This document shows, piece by piece, positions 29,893 to 39,838 of a stretch of DNA of 64,000 nt; the stretch's first letter is position 1, and each line of letters begins with the position of its first letter. Below the pieces are notes generated by a model. It had not been told where the DNA came from. It searched no databases and saw nothing but the letters and a program-made list of their open reading frames with translations. Where the stretch lies: contig CAVSHF010000003.1 of the NCBI GenBank assembly GCA_963727805.1, positions 384,001-448,000 on the forward strand. Direction: 5' to 3'. Source of the DNA: an uncultured Nitrospiraceae bacterium (GTDB taxonomy: Bacteria; Nitrospirota; Thermodesulfovibrionia; Thermodesulfovibrionales; Dissulfurispiraceae). The translations under genes and the position numbers were made by a program.

Positions 29893-30726
29893 GTGATAGA
29901 AGTTAATACTCTCTCAAAATCATACGGTTTGATAAAGGCAGTCGATGGAGTTTCGTTTGCCATCCCCGATGGCGAGGTCTTCGGGCTGCTCGGTCCCAAT
30001 GGTGCCGGCAAAACAACCATAATCAGAATGCTGACGACCCTGACGAAGCCCGATGGTGGCTGGTGCCGCATTGACGGTATTGACGTTGTATCCCAACCAA
30101 TTGAGGTCAAGAAGCTGATAGGGGTTGTGCCGCAAGAAAATAACCTTGATCGGGAACTTACAGCATACGAAAACCTGTATATTTATTCTATGTTTCACAA
30201 TGTCGAAGACAAGGAAGCAAAAATTGATAAGGCATTGAGAATCGTGGGGCTCGGGGAGCGGCGTGATTCTTTGGCTCACCACTTTTCCGGAGGCATGCAG
30301 CGGAGACTGCTTCTTGCCCGAGCGCTCCTTCCAGACCCGAAGGTCCTTTTTCTGGATGAGCCGTCTATTGGCCTCGATCCCCAGATCAGAAGGCAGATGT
30401 GGGATGTTATAAGGAAGACGCGAATAGAGGGACGGACGGTAGTGCTCACAACACATTACATTGAAGAAGCAGAGTTGCTGTGTGACAGGGTTGGCATTCT
30501 GGCGAAAGGCCATCTCGTTGTTCTTGACACTCCTGCACAGCTCAAGGCCTGCGTGGGCGAATATATTGTCGAGCTGATCGATCAGGAAGGTAAGCTGGTG
30601 CAACAAATTTGCAAGACCCGCGAGGAAGCTCACGAGGTCGCAAAGGGCATGGCTGACGGAGTCACGGTGAGAAAGTCGAATCTTGAGGATGTCTTCATTA
30701 AGCTAACAGGGGAACGCATAGAATGA
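29893..30726 (+). CDS. ABC-2 type exporter ATP-binding subunit (DrrA/NodI-like)
   Basis: GPNGAGKTT, FSGGMQRR, LDEPSIGLDP, TTHYIEEAE and NLEDVFIKLTG motifs. Confidence 0.88.
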   Translation: MIEVNTLSKSYGLIKAVDGVSFAIPDGEVFGLLGPNGAGKTTIIRMLTTLTKPDGGWCRIDGIDVVSQPIEVKKLIGVVPQENNLDRELTAYENLYIYSMFHNVEDKEAKIDKALRIVGLGERRDSLAHHFSGGMQRRLLLARALLPDPKVLFLDEPSIGLDPQIRRQMWDVIRKTRIEGRTVVLTTHYIEEAELLCDRVGILAKGHLVVLDTPAQLKACVGEYIVELIDQEGKLVQQICKTREEAHEVAKGMADGVTVRKSNLEDVFIKLTGERIE

Positions 30727-31472
30727 GGTCTGCACTGCAATGGTATCCGATTTTTCTCAGGGAGATGCTTCTTTTCAAGCGGAAGCTTTTGCGCCTTGGC
30801 TATCTCTTTTCAGCTATGGTCGTCCCTATCATCTATCTCATTGTCTTCGGTTTTGGCCTCGGTAAAAGCGTGCACATCGGCGGAGGTGATTACCTTTTTT
30901 TTCTTATCCCGGGCCTCGTGGCAATGAGCTCAATGAACAACTCCTACAACTGGGTTTCTAGCGCCCTCAATCTGAACAGGATTTATTTCAAGACCTTCCA
31001 GGTATTTGTCCAGGCGCCAATACGGTCTTCATCGATCATGATAGGGGAGGTCCTTGCGGGAATGGTCAAGGGTCTTTTTGCGTCTCTTCTGATTATTGCC
31101 GTGGGGGTGGTAGCAACATCTGCGACATTTATCACAGCCCCATTCCTCTTGGCACTCCTCATAAACTGCTTTCTGTTTTCGAATCTTGGAGTGATCACCG
31201 GAATGGTCTCCAAATCTCATGAAGACACGGCGACCTATACAAACTTTTTCATTATGCCAATGGCTTTCTTTAGCGGGACTTTTTTCCCTGTGGATCGCAT
31301 GCCGGTAGCGGTCAAATATGTAATGTATATCGTGCCCCTGACGCATACGAATATTCTGATACGGAAGGCATCATTCGATTATGAGGGGGCCATTTCAATG
31401 GCTGTGCTTGTCCTCTATGCCGCAGCCTTTTTCGCCTACGGCACCCATCTGATCAGGAAGTACAGCGAATGA
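30723..31472 (+). CDS. ABC-2 type exporter permease
   Basis: YLFFLIPGLVAM and PMAFFSGTFFPV...PLTH motifs; ATGA overlap with ATPase gene. Confidence 0.87.
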   Translation: MRSALQWYPIFLREMLLFKRKLLRLGYLFSAMVVPIIYLIVFGFGLGKSVHIGGGDYLFFLIPGLVAMSSMNNSYNWVSSALNLNRIYFKTFQVFVQAPIRSSSIMIGEVLAGMVKGLFASLLIIAVGVVATSATFITAPFLLALLINCFLFSNLGVITGMVSKSHEDTATYTNFFIMPMAFFSGTFFPVDRMPVAVKYVMYIVPLTHTNILIRKASFDYEGAISMAVLVLYAAAFFAYGTHLIRKYSE

Positions 31473-32016
31473 TTCCCTACCTATATAAATCAATTAGTTG
31501 CAGAGGCGTCCCTTTCATTGGATTCACTTTTTCGCTTCCGCCCGAATCGTCAGGGTCATTCCCAAAGCTGATATTTACCGGATCACCGTTGAGTTTATTC
31601 TCGCTGATGATATAAGAAAAAAGAAAGTGAAGCCGATCACATTGATCAAGAGTTAAAGCCTCAAAGTGGATCACCTCACAACTAACGATTCGCTATTCCG
31701 AAAGATTAAATCAGAGTAAGACCTCTTATCTGTGCGAACATATACCCTATTTAATTCTGTCTGGTACACAATTAGTGGAAATCGGTGTAATTGGTACTAC
31801 TGACCTGACTGGCACTATATCATCAGGTATTGTTTTTTGTGTTGATAAAAGAAGTCAACACTTTCAAGAAACCTAAACTCAGTCGAAATATAATCGGAAA
31901 TGAATGCCTTCGGAAAAACCCTGTAACATTTGTTTCTTCCCTCTAAAAAAAGTTTTGGCGATGAGAGTATTGTTGTTTTTGCTGATTGGAGGCGAGATGT
32001 CATAAAATGAGTCCAA

Positions 32017-32145
32017 CACAGAAATCATTGCGACGACGCTATTGTCTGACGTGTTAATAATAGCAACACTATGGTCGCCGTTATTAGCCGCATATATAAG
32101 GGATCCATGAGGTTGCATCGCTGAGCCAAAAGGGGCATTTCCGCA
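32017..32145 (-). pseudogene. Isolated YVTN beta-propeller repeat remnant
   Basis: Translates to CGNAPFGSAMQPHGSLIYAANNGDHSVAIINTSDNSVVAMISV, one YVTN-type blade; upstream in-frame stop, no other blades. Confidence 0.55.
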
Positions 32146-32607
32146 GTAAGAGTTGTCCTGTTATTGTTCGTTGGAGTAGCCTGGAGCAAGTTATATGCAC
32201 ATACCTCTTTAGTTGTCGACTACGCGTTTTATCACTTACACAGCCACACTTGGATGGTCCTCCGCCATGAAGCGAAGATCTAAAGACCCATGTTTCTATA
32301 TTATATATGTCCTTTGCCATTGACTTGTGCGTAAAATCTATTTCATTTATCCGAGATTAAAGTAATGTTTATGGGCGTCGATAACAATGTTGCGTAGGTG
32401 CTGCGTAAAAATAAGGATCTGTGACTGTCAGGTGATCTATACCACTTAGGAGGGTGGACACGACAGCAGAGCAGGTCTAGGTGCCCTGATAAGCATGAAG
32501 GGAGAATGGTCATGAGAAAAAAAAGACAACTGTCATATTGTATCCGCCGCGAGGCGGGTAGTGTTTATTTTAATAATAATAAATTGTCTTAGAATTAAGG
32601 AGACATT

Positions 32608-35600
32608 TTGAAAAAGAACTTGATGATAGTGCTGGTCTGTATAACGCTGATGGCAGCGAGCAGCGCAGACTCTGCCACAAATCCCGGTTCGATAGGACAT
32701 GCCGCGTTTCCAGGGGCGCCGGCTCCCGTTGGAGAAGTGCTTTACGGCGACTGGAACGGTGACGGAACTATAAAGGTCGGTATTTTCTCCAATGGCAACT
32801 GGTATCTTGACTACCCGGGAACGGGAGTATGGGTGGGTTGCGGAACAACGGCGACGACCGACCGGTGTTATGAGGGCACCTTCGGTGCGGCCGGAGACAT
32901 CCCTGTAGTCGGTGACTGGAATGGAGATGGCAGGACCAAGATCGGGATTTTTCGCAATGGCAATTGGTATCTTGACTACCCGGGAACGGGAGTATGGGTG
33001 GGTTGCGGAACAACGGCGACGACCGACCGGTGTTATGAGGGCACCTTCGGTGCGGCCGGAGACATCCCTGTAGTCGGTGACTGGACCGGAGATGGAATTA
33101 CTAAGATAGGCGTCTACCGGGATTCAGCCAAGGCGTGGTACCTCGATATGAACGGCGATGGTATTTGGGATAATGCCGATAGAGGAGTAGCTGGATCCTT
33201 CACCTTTAACAGCCTGTATGCACAGAGAGGAGCGCAGGGCGTGAAGGGCGATACCGGTGCTGCTGGTCCGGCTGGTGCTCAGGGTATTCAGGGTCTTACT
33301 GGTCTCACCGGCCCTGCTGGTGCTGACGGAGCAGTCGGCGCTGCTGGTCCAGCTGGTGCTCAGGGTATTCAGGGTCTTACTGGTCTCACCGGCCCTGCTG
33401 GCGCTGACGGAGCAGTCGGTGCTGCTGGTCCAGCTGGTGCTCAGGGCGACACAGGCGATACCGGTGCCCCCGGTCTTGTTTGGAAAGGCACATGGGATGT
33501 TGCCGCCACTTATTTAACCGGTCAAGCTGTTGTTTATAACAGTGCCAGCTATATAAGTCTGGCTGATGCCAATATTGCCAATGTTCCTGACGCAGCAGCT
33601 TCTCTATTCTGGCAGATGCTTGCAGCGCAGGGCGTGAAGGGCGATACCGGTGCTGCTGGTCCGGCTGGTGCTCAGGGTATTCAGGGTCTTACTGGTCTCA
33701 CCGGCCCTGCTGGTGCTGACGGAGCAGTCGGCGCTGCTGGTCCGGCTGGTGCTCAGGGTATTCAGGGTCTTACTGGTCTCACCGGCCCTGCTGGCGCTGA
33801 CGGAGCAGTCGGTGCTGCTGGTCCAGCTGGTGCTCAGGGCGACACAGGCGATACCGGCGCACCCGGTCTTGTTTGGAAAGGCACATGGGATGTTGCCGCC
33901 ACTTATATAACCGGTCAAGCTGTTGTTTATAACAGTGCCAGCTATATAAGTCTGGCTGATGCCAATATTGCCAATGTTCCTGACGCAGCAGCTTCTCTAT
34001 TCTGGCAGATGCTTACAGCGCAGGGCGTGAAGGGCGATACCGGTGCTGCTGGTCCGGCTGGTGCTCAGGGTATTCAGGGTCTTACTGGTCTCACCGGCCC
34101 TGCTGGTGCTGACGGAGCAGTCGGCGCTGCTGGTCCGGCTGGTGCTCAGGGTATTCAGGGTCTTACTGGTCTCACCGGCCCTGCTGGCGCTGACGGAGCA
34201 GTCGGTGCTGCTGGTCCAGCTGGTGCTCAGGGCGACACAGGCGATACCGGCGCACCCGGTCTTGTTTGGAAAGGCACATGGGATGTTGCCACCACTTATA
34301 TAACCGGTCAAGCTGTTGTTTATAACAGTGCCAGCTATATAAGTCTGGCTGATGCCAATATTGCCAATGTTCCTGACGCAGCAGCTTCTCTATTCTGGCA
34401 GATGCTTGCAGCGCAGGGCGTGAAGGGCGATACCGGTGCTGCTGGTCCGGCTGGTGCTCAGGGTATTCAGGGTCTTACTGGTCTCACCGGCCCTGCTGGT
34501 GCTGACGGAGCAGTCGGCGCTGCTGGTCCGGCTGGTGCTCAGGGTATTCAGGGTCTTACTGGTCTCACCGGCCCTGCTGGTGCTGACGGAGCAGTCGGTG
34601 CTGCTGGTCCAGCTGGTGCTCAGGGCGACACAGGCGATACCGGCGCACCCGGTCTTGTTTGGAAAGGCACATGGGATGTTGCCACCACTTATATAACCGG
34701 TCAAGCTGTTGTTTATAACAGTGCCAGCTATATAAGTCTGGCTGATGCCAATATTGCCAATGTTCCTGACGCAGCAGCTTCTCTATTCTGGCAGATGCTT
34801 GCAGCGCAGGGCGTGAAGGGCGATACCGGTGCTGCTGGTCCGGCTGGTGCTCAGGGTATTCAGGGTCTTACTGGTCTCACCGGCCCTGCTGGTGCTGACG
34901 GAGCAGTCGGCGCTGCTGGTCCAGCTGGTGCTCAGGGTATTCAGGGTCTTACTGGTCTCACCGGCCCTGCTGGCGCTGACGGAGCAGTCGGTGCTGCTGG
35001 TCCAGCTGGTGCTCAGGGCGACACAGGCGATACCGGCGCACCCGGTCTTGTTTGGAAAGGCACATGGGATGTTGCCGCCACTTATTTAACCGGTCAAGCT
35101 GTTGTTTATAACAGTGCCAGCTATATAAGTCTGGCTGATGCCAATATTGCCAATGTTCCTGACGCAGCAGCTTCTCTATTCTGGCAGATGCTTGCAGCGC
35201 AGGGCGTGAAGGGCGATACCGGTGCTGCTGGTCCGGCTGGTGCTCAGGGTATTCAGGGTCTTACTGGTCTCACCGGCCCTGCTGGTGCTGACGGAGCAGT
35301 CGGCGCTGCTGGTCCGGCTGGTGCTCAGGGTATTCAGGGTCTTACTGGTCTCACCGGCCCTGCTGGCGCTGACGGAGCAGTCGGTGCTGCTGGTCCAGCT
35401 GGTGCTCAGGGCGACACAGGCGATACCGGCGCACCCGGTCTTGTTTGGAAAGGCACATGGGATGTTGCCACCACTTATATAACCGGTCAAGCTGTTGTTT
35501 ATAACAGTGCCAGCTATATAAGTCTGGCTGATGCCAATATTGCCAATGTTCCTGACGCAGCAGCTTCTCTATTCTGGCAGATGCTTGCAGCGCAGGGCGT

Positions 35601-36879
35601 GAAGGGCGATACCGGTGCTGCTGGTCCGGCTGGTGCTCAGGGTATTCAGGGTCTTACTGGTCTCACCGGTCCTGCTGGTGCTGACGGAGCAGTCGGCGCT
35701 GCTGGTCCGGCTGGTGCTCAGGGTATTCAGGGTCTTACTGGTCTCACCGGCCCTGCTGGCGCTGACGGAGCAGTCGGTGCTGCTGGTCCAGCTGGTGCTC
35801 AGGGCGACACAGGCGATACCGGCGCACCCGGTCTTGTTTGGAAAGGCACATGGGATGTTGCCACCACTTATATAACCGGTCAAGCTGTTGTTTATAACAG
35901 TGCCAGCTATATAAGTCTGGCTGATGCCAATATTGCCAATGTTCCTGACGCAGCAGCTTCTCTATTCTGGCAGATGCTTGCAGCGCAGGGCGTGAAGGGC
36001 GATACCGGTGCTGCTGGTCCAGCTGGTGCTCAGGGTATTCAGGGTCTTACTGGTCTCACCGGCCCTGCTGGTGCTGACGGAGCAGTCGGCGCTGCTGGTC
36101 CAGCTGGTGCTCAGGGTATTCAGGGTCTTACTGGTCTCACCGGCCCTGCTGGCGCTGACGGAGCAGTCGGTGCTGCTGGTCCAGCTGGTGCTCAGGGCGA
36201 CACAGGCGATACCGGTGCACCCGGTCTTGTTTGGAAAGGCACATGGGATGTTGCCGCCACTTATATAACCGGTCAAGCTGTTGTTTATAACAGTGCCAGC
36301 TATATAAGTCTGGCTGATGCCAATATTGCCAATGTTCCTGACGCAGCAGCTTCTCTATTCTGGCAGATGCTTGCAGCGCAGGGCGTGAAGGGCGATACCG
36401 GTGCTGCTGGTCCGGCTGGTGCTCAGGGTATTCAGGGTCTTACTGGTCTCACCGGCCCTGCTGGTGCTGACGGAGCAGTCGGCGCTGCTGGTCCGGCTGG
36501 TGCTCAGGGCGACACAGGCGATACCGGTCTTCAGGGCATTCCCGGTGTTTCCAACATTGTGACATTGACTGAGAATGTCAATATGCCGGCCGATACAGCA
36601 GATATTGGCAGGGTGTTCAAGAAAGCCGTAGGCATAACCATCACAGGGGTTTCTTGCATAGCGCTAGGCGCCGGTGCAGTCATTGACGTAGATGTGCAGA
36701 AGTGTGATGCTAATTTTGTGACCTGCAACACCATTTTATCGGCCCCTATTCACTGCTCGAACGCGCACAATACAGGGACTGTCGCATTTGGGACCATAAC
36801 AAGCAGTCAGTACGTTAGTATAGTTACTAGCGGCAGATCTAATCTTGTTTTATTGGATGTCAACATGGACTATCAATAA
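32608..36879 (+). CDS. Large secreted collagen-like repeat protein (FG-GAP-like N-terminal repeats; 8x [collagen + CBM5/12-like] units; Cys-containing C-terminal domain)
   Basis: AAGGAG RBS and TTG start; signal peptide; GDWNGDG repeats; runs of 26 Gly-X-Y triplets alternating with 52-aa WKGTW...Y...GQAVVY...W modules. Confidence 0.88.
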   Translation: MKKNLMIVLVCITLMAASSADSATNPGSIGHAAFPGAPAPVGEVLYGDWNGDGTIKVGIFSNGNWYLDYPGTGVWVGCGTTATTDRCYEGTFGAAGDIPVVGDWNGDGRTKIGIFRNGNWYLDYPGTGVWVGCGTTATTDRCYEGTFGAAGDIPVVGDWTGDGITKIGVYRDSAKAWYLDMNGDGIWDNADRGVAGSFTFNSLYAQRGAQGVKGDTGAAGPAGAQGIQGLTGLTGPAGADGAVGAAGPAGAQGIQGLTGLTGPAGADGAVGAAGPAGAQGDTGDTGAPGLVWKGTWDVAATYLTGQAVVYNSASYISLADANIANVPDAAASLFWQMLAAQGVKGDTGAAGPAGAQGIQGLTGLTGPAGADGAVGAAGPAGAQGIQGLTGLTGPAGADGAVGAAGPAGAQGDTGDTGAPGLVWKGTWDVAATYITGQAVVYNSASYISLADANIANVPDAAASLFWQMLTAQGVKGDTGAAGPAGAQGIQGLTGLTGPAGADGAVGAAGPAGAQGIQGLTGLTGPAGADGAVGAAGPAGAQGDTGDTGAPGLVWKGTWDVATTYITGQAVVYNSASYISLADANIANVPDAAASLFWQMLAAQGVKGDTGAAGPAGAQGIQGLTGLTGPAGADGAVGAAGPAGAQGIQGLTGLTGPAGADGAVGAAGPAGAQGDTGDTGAPGLVWKGTWDVATTYITGQAVVYNSASYISLADANIANVPDAAASLFWQMLAAQGVKGDTGAAGPAGAQGIQGLTGLTGPAGADGAVGAAGPAGAQGIQGLTGLTGPAGADGAVGAAGPAGAQGDTGDTGAPGLVWKGTWDVAATYLTGQAVVYNSASYISLADANIANVPDAAASLFWQMLAAQGVKGDTGAAGPAGAQGIQGLTGLTGPAGADGAVGAAGPAGAQGIQGLTGLTGPAGADGAVGAAGPAGAQGDTGDTGAPGLVWKGTWDVATTYITGQAVVYNSASYISLADANIANVPDAAASLFWQMLAAQGVKGDTGAAGPAGAQGIQGLTGLTGPAGADGAVGAAGPAGAQGIQGLTGLTGPAGADGAVGAAGPAGAQGDTGDTGAPGLVWKGTWDVATTYITGQAVVYNSASYISLADANIANVPDAAASLFWQMLAAQGVKGDTGAAGPAGAQGIQGLTGLTGPAGADGAVGAAGPAGAQGIQGLTGLTGPAGADGAVGAAGPAGAQGDTGDTGAPGLVWKGTWDVAATYITGQAVVYNSASYISLADANIANVPDAAASLFWQMLAAQGVKGDTGAAGPAGAQGIQGLTGLTGPAGADGAVGAAGPAGAQGDTGDTGLQGIPGVSNIVTLTENVNMPADTADIGRVFKKAVGITITGVSCIALGAGAVIDVDVQKCDANFVTCNTILSAPIHCSNAHNTGTVAFGTITSSQYVSIVTSGRSNLVLLDVNMDYQ
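32791..33084 (+). repeat. 165-bp-period tandem duplication encoding 55-aa FG-GAP-like repeat
   Basis: Near-identical copies start at 32791 and 32956 (NGNWYLDYPGTGVWVGCGTTATTDRCYEGTFGAAGDIPVVGDW). Confidence 0.9.
33232..36528 (+). repeat. 393-bp tandem repeat, 8 full copies plus a truncated ninth, each with an internal 81-bp duplication
   Basis: GCGCAGGGCGTGAAGGGCGATACC recurs at 33232, 33625, 34018, 34411, 34804, 35197, 35590, 35983 and 36376. Confidence 0.95.
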
Positions 36880-36954
36880 ATCAAATGAGCCGAGGAACCG
36901 ATAATCATTAATTGAAGAAGTCTTCGTAATAACCTTTACTACAGATACCTTTCG

Positions 36955-36984
36955 AGGGGGCGGGGCATACCCGCCCCCTATTTA
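36955..36984 (+). terminator. Intrinsic terminator after collagen-like gene
   Basis: 10-bp stem AGGGGGCGGG / CCCGCCCCCT with 5-nt loop followed by ATTT. Confidence 0.65.
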
Positions 36985-37126
36985 ATCAAAGCTGGATTAT
37001 GTCACGCCAAGACGAAAAAGTGAACACAAGGTTCAGTTTCATTAGGTATCTATCGATTCTAAGAGCTACGGCGAGTGAACAAATAAGTTGCACATAGCAG
37101 AATTTATGCTTACAATTTGAAGACAA

Positions 37127-39178
37127 TTAGTGGCCACTGGAGCTCAGGCTTTCGTGTTTCACCACATCGATATCCGCCTGAATATTCTTTACCGCATTGG
37201 TAAGCTCATTGTATAAAGCCGATGCGCGACCGTCCTTGGAATGAGCAGAAATTACGGCTTCTCTGGCAAGCGTGTGGATTTTCTCATGTGCCCTCGCCAG
37301 TTTGTTGAAGCTTTCAAGATGTCCGAGCATCGTACGGCCCTCATGGTCATACCATTTGGCGAATGTGCAATTATGCGCATCGGGTAATTGAGCTGCATCG
37401 AACATTTTATTGCCGTTCACGCAATCCCCAACTTTATACATGAACGACCTGATATCTCCCTTGGCGACATCAAGCATGGCCGCCACACTTCCTACAGTCT
37501 TAAATCCGGCAAAAGACTTTTTCAGATCGACGACTACGGTCACAATCCTGTCTGTTCCTTTCAGTACGCTTGAGGCCATCTGCTCTGTCTCATTTGCTAT
37601 CGCGGCAGTAACCTCGATGTTCCTTGCTACTTCCTCGGAAGCTGAAGATTGTTCAACCACTGCCGTGGCGATCTGTGTTATCTTATCGTTGACATTCATA
37701 ACAGCTTCCGACATGGCCTCAAGAGAACTCATGACTTCTTTGATGGCTTCGTCGGCTTTAGTCACCTCTGTTGCTGTCTCGCTCATTCTCTTTGTAGTCT
37801 TACTCGATTCATTCTGCACGGACTGTATCTCTGATGTGATCTCCCCCGTAGCTTTAATTGTTTTTTCCGCAAGCTTTCTTACCTCATCCGCCACTACCGC
37901 AAAGCCTCTACCTTGTTCCCCGGCTCGAGCGGCTTCAATGGCTGCATTCAGGGCAAGCAGGTTGGTCTGGTCAGCTATCTCTTTTATCACATTGACAATG
38001 TCGCCTATGTCACTTGCCTTGCTGTTAAGCTTGTCAATCATCTCGGCAAGGCCTACCGTTGAAACATGCACTCGATTGACAGTCTGGACTGCCTCACCGG
38101 CTATTTCCTTCCCTCTGTTTGCCATATCGGCTGCTTCAGCCGAGGTTTCTGATGCGGAGGAAGCATTCTTTGCTATATCGTTTATTGTCTGGCTCATTTC
38201 TTCAGCAGATGCTGCTATTTGATGGGCCTGGGAAGATTGCTTCTTGGCGCCTTCCGTCATATCATTTGCACTGTCTTTTAATAGTCCCGACGTTGTGACT
38301 ACCTGTCCCGTGGAGCGTATCATGCTTTCGACCATCTGCCCATAAGCATCAAGAACCTTGTTGATGTCTATGGCGAGCATGCCTATCTCGTCTGTGCCCT
38401 TTACATTAAGTCTCCCCGTCAAATCTCCGCTCCCTTCAGAAAGGGACGATGAAAAACCCTGCATCAACTTACCATACTCCTTGACAGGTCCCGAGATGAA
38501 GCCACCACCTACTATAAAGGTTGTTGCTGTTACGACAATAGAAATGACAACCAGCAATAACCCAATCCCCATCAATATTTTCCAGACTGTCTTCGATACA
38601 TCATCCACATAGACACCGGATCCGACAATCCATCCCCAAGGCTTGTAGAGCTTGACAAACGATATCTTCGGTAAGGGTTTCTCTCCCTCCGATTTCGGCC
38701 ATACATAACCGACAAAACCCTCTCCTTTTTCCTTACACACCTTTGCCATTTCCGAAAAGAATGATTTACCGTCACGGTCTTTAAAGTCGGAAAGATTCTT
38801 GCCGTCCAAATCCGGCCTTGTGGGATGCATAATCATTTTAGGTTCGAGATCGTTGATCCATATGTAACCGTCATTCCCACCTTCTTTCCCGACCCTGATA
38901 TGGCTGATTCTTTCCTTGGCCCTTTTTTGGGCCTCTTCAAGTGTAAATTCACCTTTGGACGCACGCTGATCATATTCTTCAAGAAGGCTATATGCCACGC
39001 TGGAGACATCAGCAGCATTTTTCTTTTTCTCGTCCATCAGCTTGGAATTTGTTACAGGCAGCACATAGAATAATACCCCGACCATAACAAGTCCGATAGC
39101 AAGAATCGGCATGAAGGATATCTTCCAGAATATCGGAAGATTTCGAAACTTAATCAGATCCTTTAGATTAACTGACAT
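37127..39178 (-). CDS. Methyl-accepting chemotaxis protein (Cache sensor, HAMP, MCP signalling domain, C-terminal CZB-like domain)
   Basis: [15 protein letters not shown]...[14 protein letters not shown]ache domain; [47 protein letters not shown]...HEKIH tail; ATG 39178 preferred over TTG 39193 (GGAG upstream). Confidence 0.93.
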   Translation of the reverse strand: MSVNLKDLIKFRNLPIFWKISFMPILAIGLVMVGVLFYVLPVTNSKLMDEKKKNAADVSSVAYSLLEEYDQRASKGEFTLEEAQKRAKERISHIRVGKEGGNDGYIWINDLEPKMIMHPTRPDLDGKNLSDFKDRDGKSFFSEMAKVCKEKGEGFVGYVWPKSEGEKPLPKISFVKLYKPWGWIVGSGVYVDDVSKTVWKILMGIGLLLVVISIVVTATTFIVGGGFISGPVKEYGKLMQGFSSSLSEGSGDLTGRLNVKGTDEIGMLAIDINKVLDAYGQMVESMIRSTGQVVTTSGLLKDSANDMTEGAKKQSSQAHQIAASAEEMSQTINDIAKNASSASETSAEAADMANRGKEIAGEAVQTVNRVHVSTVGLAEMIDKLNSKASDIGDIVNVIKEIADQTNLLALNAAIEAARAGEQGRGFAVVADEVRKLAEKTIKATGEITSEIQSVQNESSKTTKRMSETATEVTKADEAIKEVMSSLEAMSEAVMNVNDKITQIATAVVEQSSASEEVARNIEVTAAIANETEQMASSVLKGTDRIVTVVVDLKKSFAGFKTVGSVAAMLDVAKGDIRSFMYKVGDCVNGNKMFDAAQLPDAHNCTFAKWYDHEGRTMLGHLESFNKLARAHEKIHTLAREAVISAHSKDGRASALYNELTNAVKNIQADIDVVKHESLSSSGH

Positions 39179-39225
39179 TAAATTCACTCCCAAAATTATT
39201 TTTATGCTGCCCCCTAAGGCAGTCT

Positions 39226-39254
39226 ATTTTAATAAAAGCTTAGGCAATTGTCAA
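39226..39254 (-). promoter_or_regulatory. Sigma70-type promoter of MCP gene
   Basis: Minus strand TTGACA-N17-TAAAAT. Confidence 0.55.
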
Positions 39255-39299
39255 AAAATACAATTTTGCTAAGCGGATTCGAAGAAGACAAGGCTGATG

Positions 39300-39797
39300 T
39301 TATTGACCTGAAAGAAAAATTATAATGTCCGATTCAAAATTATCACTCATATGACCACTGCCGAGGGCTCTCCTGATATCGTCCATTTCCCAGAAGGCTA
39401 CCTCCTCAATCTCTTCCGGATTAAACGGGAAAGGCCCGTTATGGACACACTGATACGTGAAAACAAGTTCGCTTTCATCAGGGCCGGTAAAGATATGCGA
39501 ATAAAGAGGCTTTATGATATCGGAGGCGATGCCGAGTTCCTCATCCATTTCCCTGAGAGCAGCAGCCATCAAATCTTCTCCGGGGGAGACGTGCCCGCCG
39601 ACCGATGTATCCCATTTCCCAGGTGCGACATCTTTCTTCATCGAACGCTTCTGAAGAAGCAATTGACCCGCATCATTGAAAACGAGAACGTGCACGACCT
39701 TATGAAGAAGTGAGGGGTCCTCGTGCACCTCGGAACGCTTTCTGAGGCCGATGGTCCTCCCTTCAATGTCGACGATTTCGATCACTTCTTCCTGCAT
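39300..39797 (-). CDS. NUDIX hydrolase (Idi/YfcD-like)
   Basis: LLLQKRS...PGKWDTSVGGHVSPGE...AALREMDEELGI Nudix box. Confidence 0.88.
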   Translation of the reverse strand: MQEEVIEIVDIEGRTIGLRKRSEVHEDPSLLHKVVHVLVFNDAGQLLLQKRSMKKDVAPGKWDTSVGGHVSPGEDLMAAALREMDEELGIASDIIKPLYSHIFTGPDESELVFTYQCVHNGPFPFNPEEIEEVAFWEMDDIRRALGSGHMSDNFESDIIIFLSGQ

Positions 39798-39838
39798 AAG
39801 GATAGAATATCAAAAGGACGGTTGGGACGTAAAGGAAT

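Noticed and set aside
32431..32446. CRP/FNR-like box GGTGA-N6-CCACT upstream of the collagen-like gene
   Set aside because: Three mismatches in the ten consensus positions; expected by chance
33257..36276. Repeated 86-aa (+) and 104-aa (-) ORFs in the ORF track
   Set aside because: Alternative-frame shadows of the collagen repeat with no RBS or protein-like features
33232..36528. Regular repeats as a CRISPR array or non-coding satellite
   Set aside because: The period is 393 bp, in frame within one ORF, with no unique spacers and no cas genes
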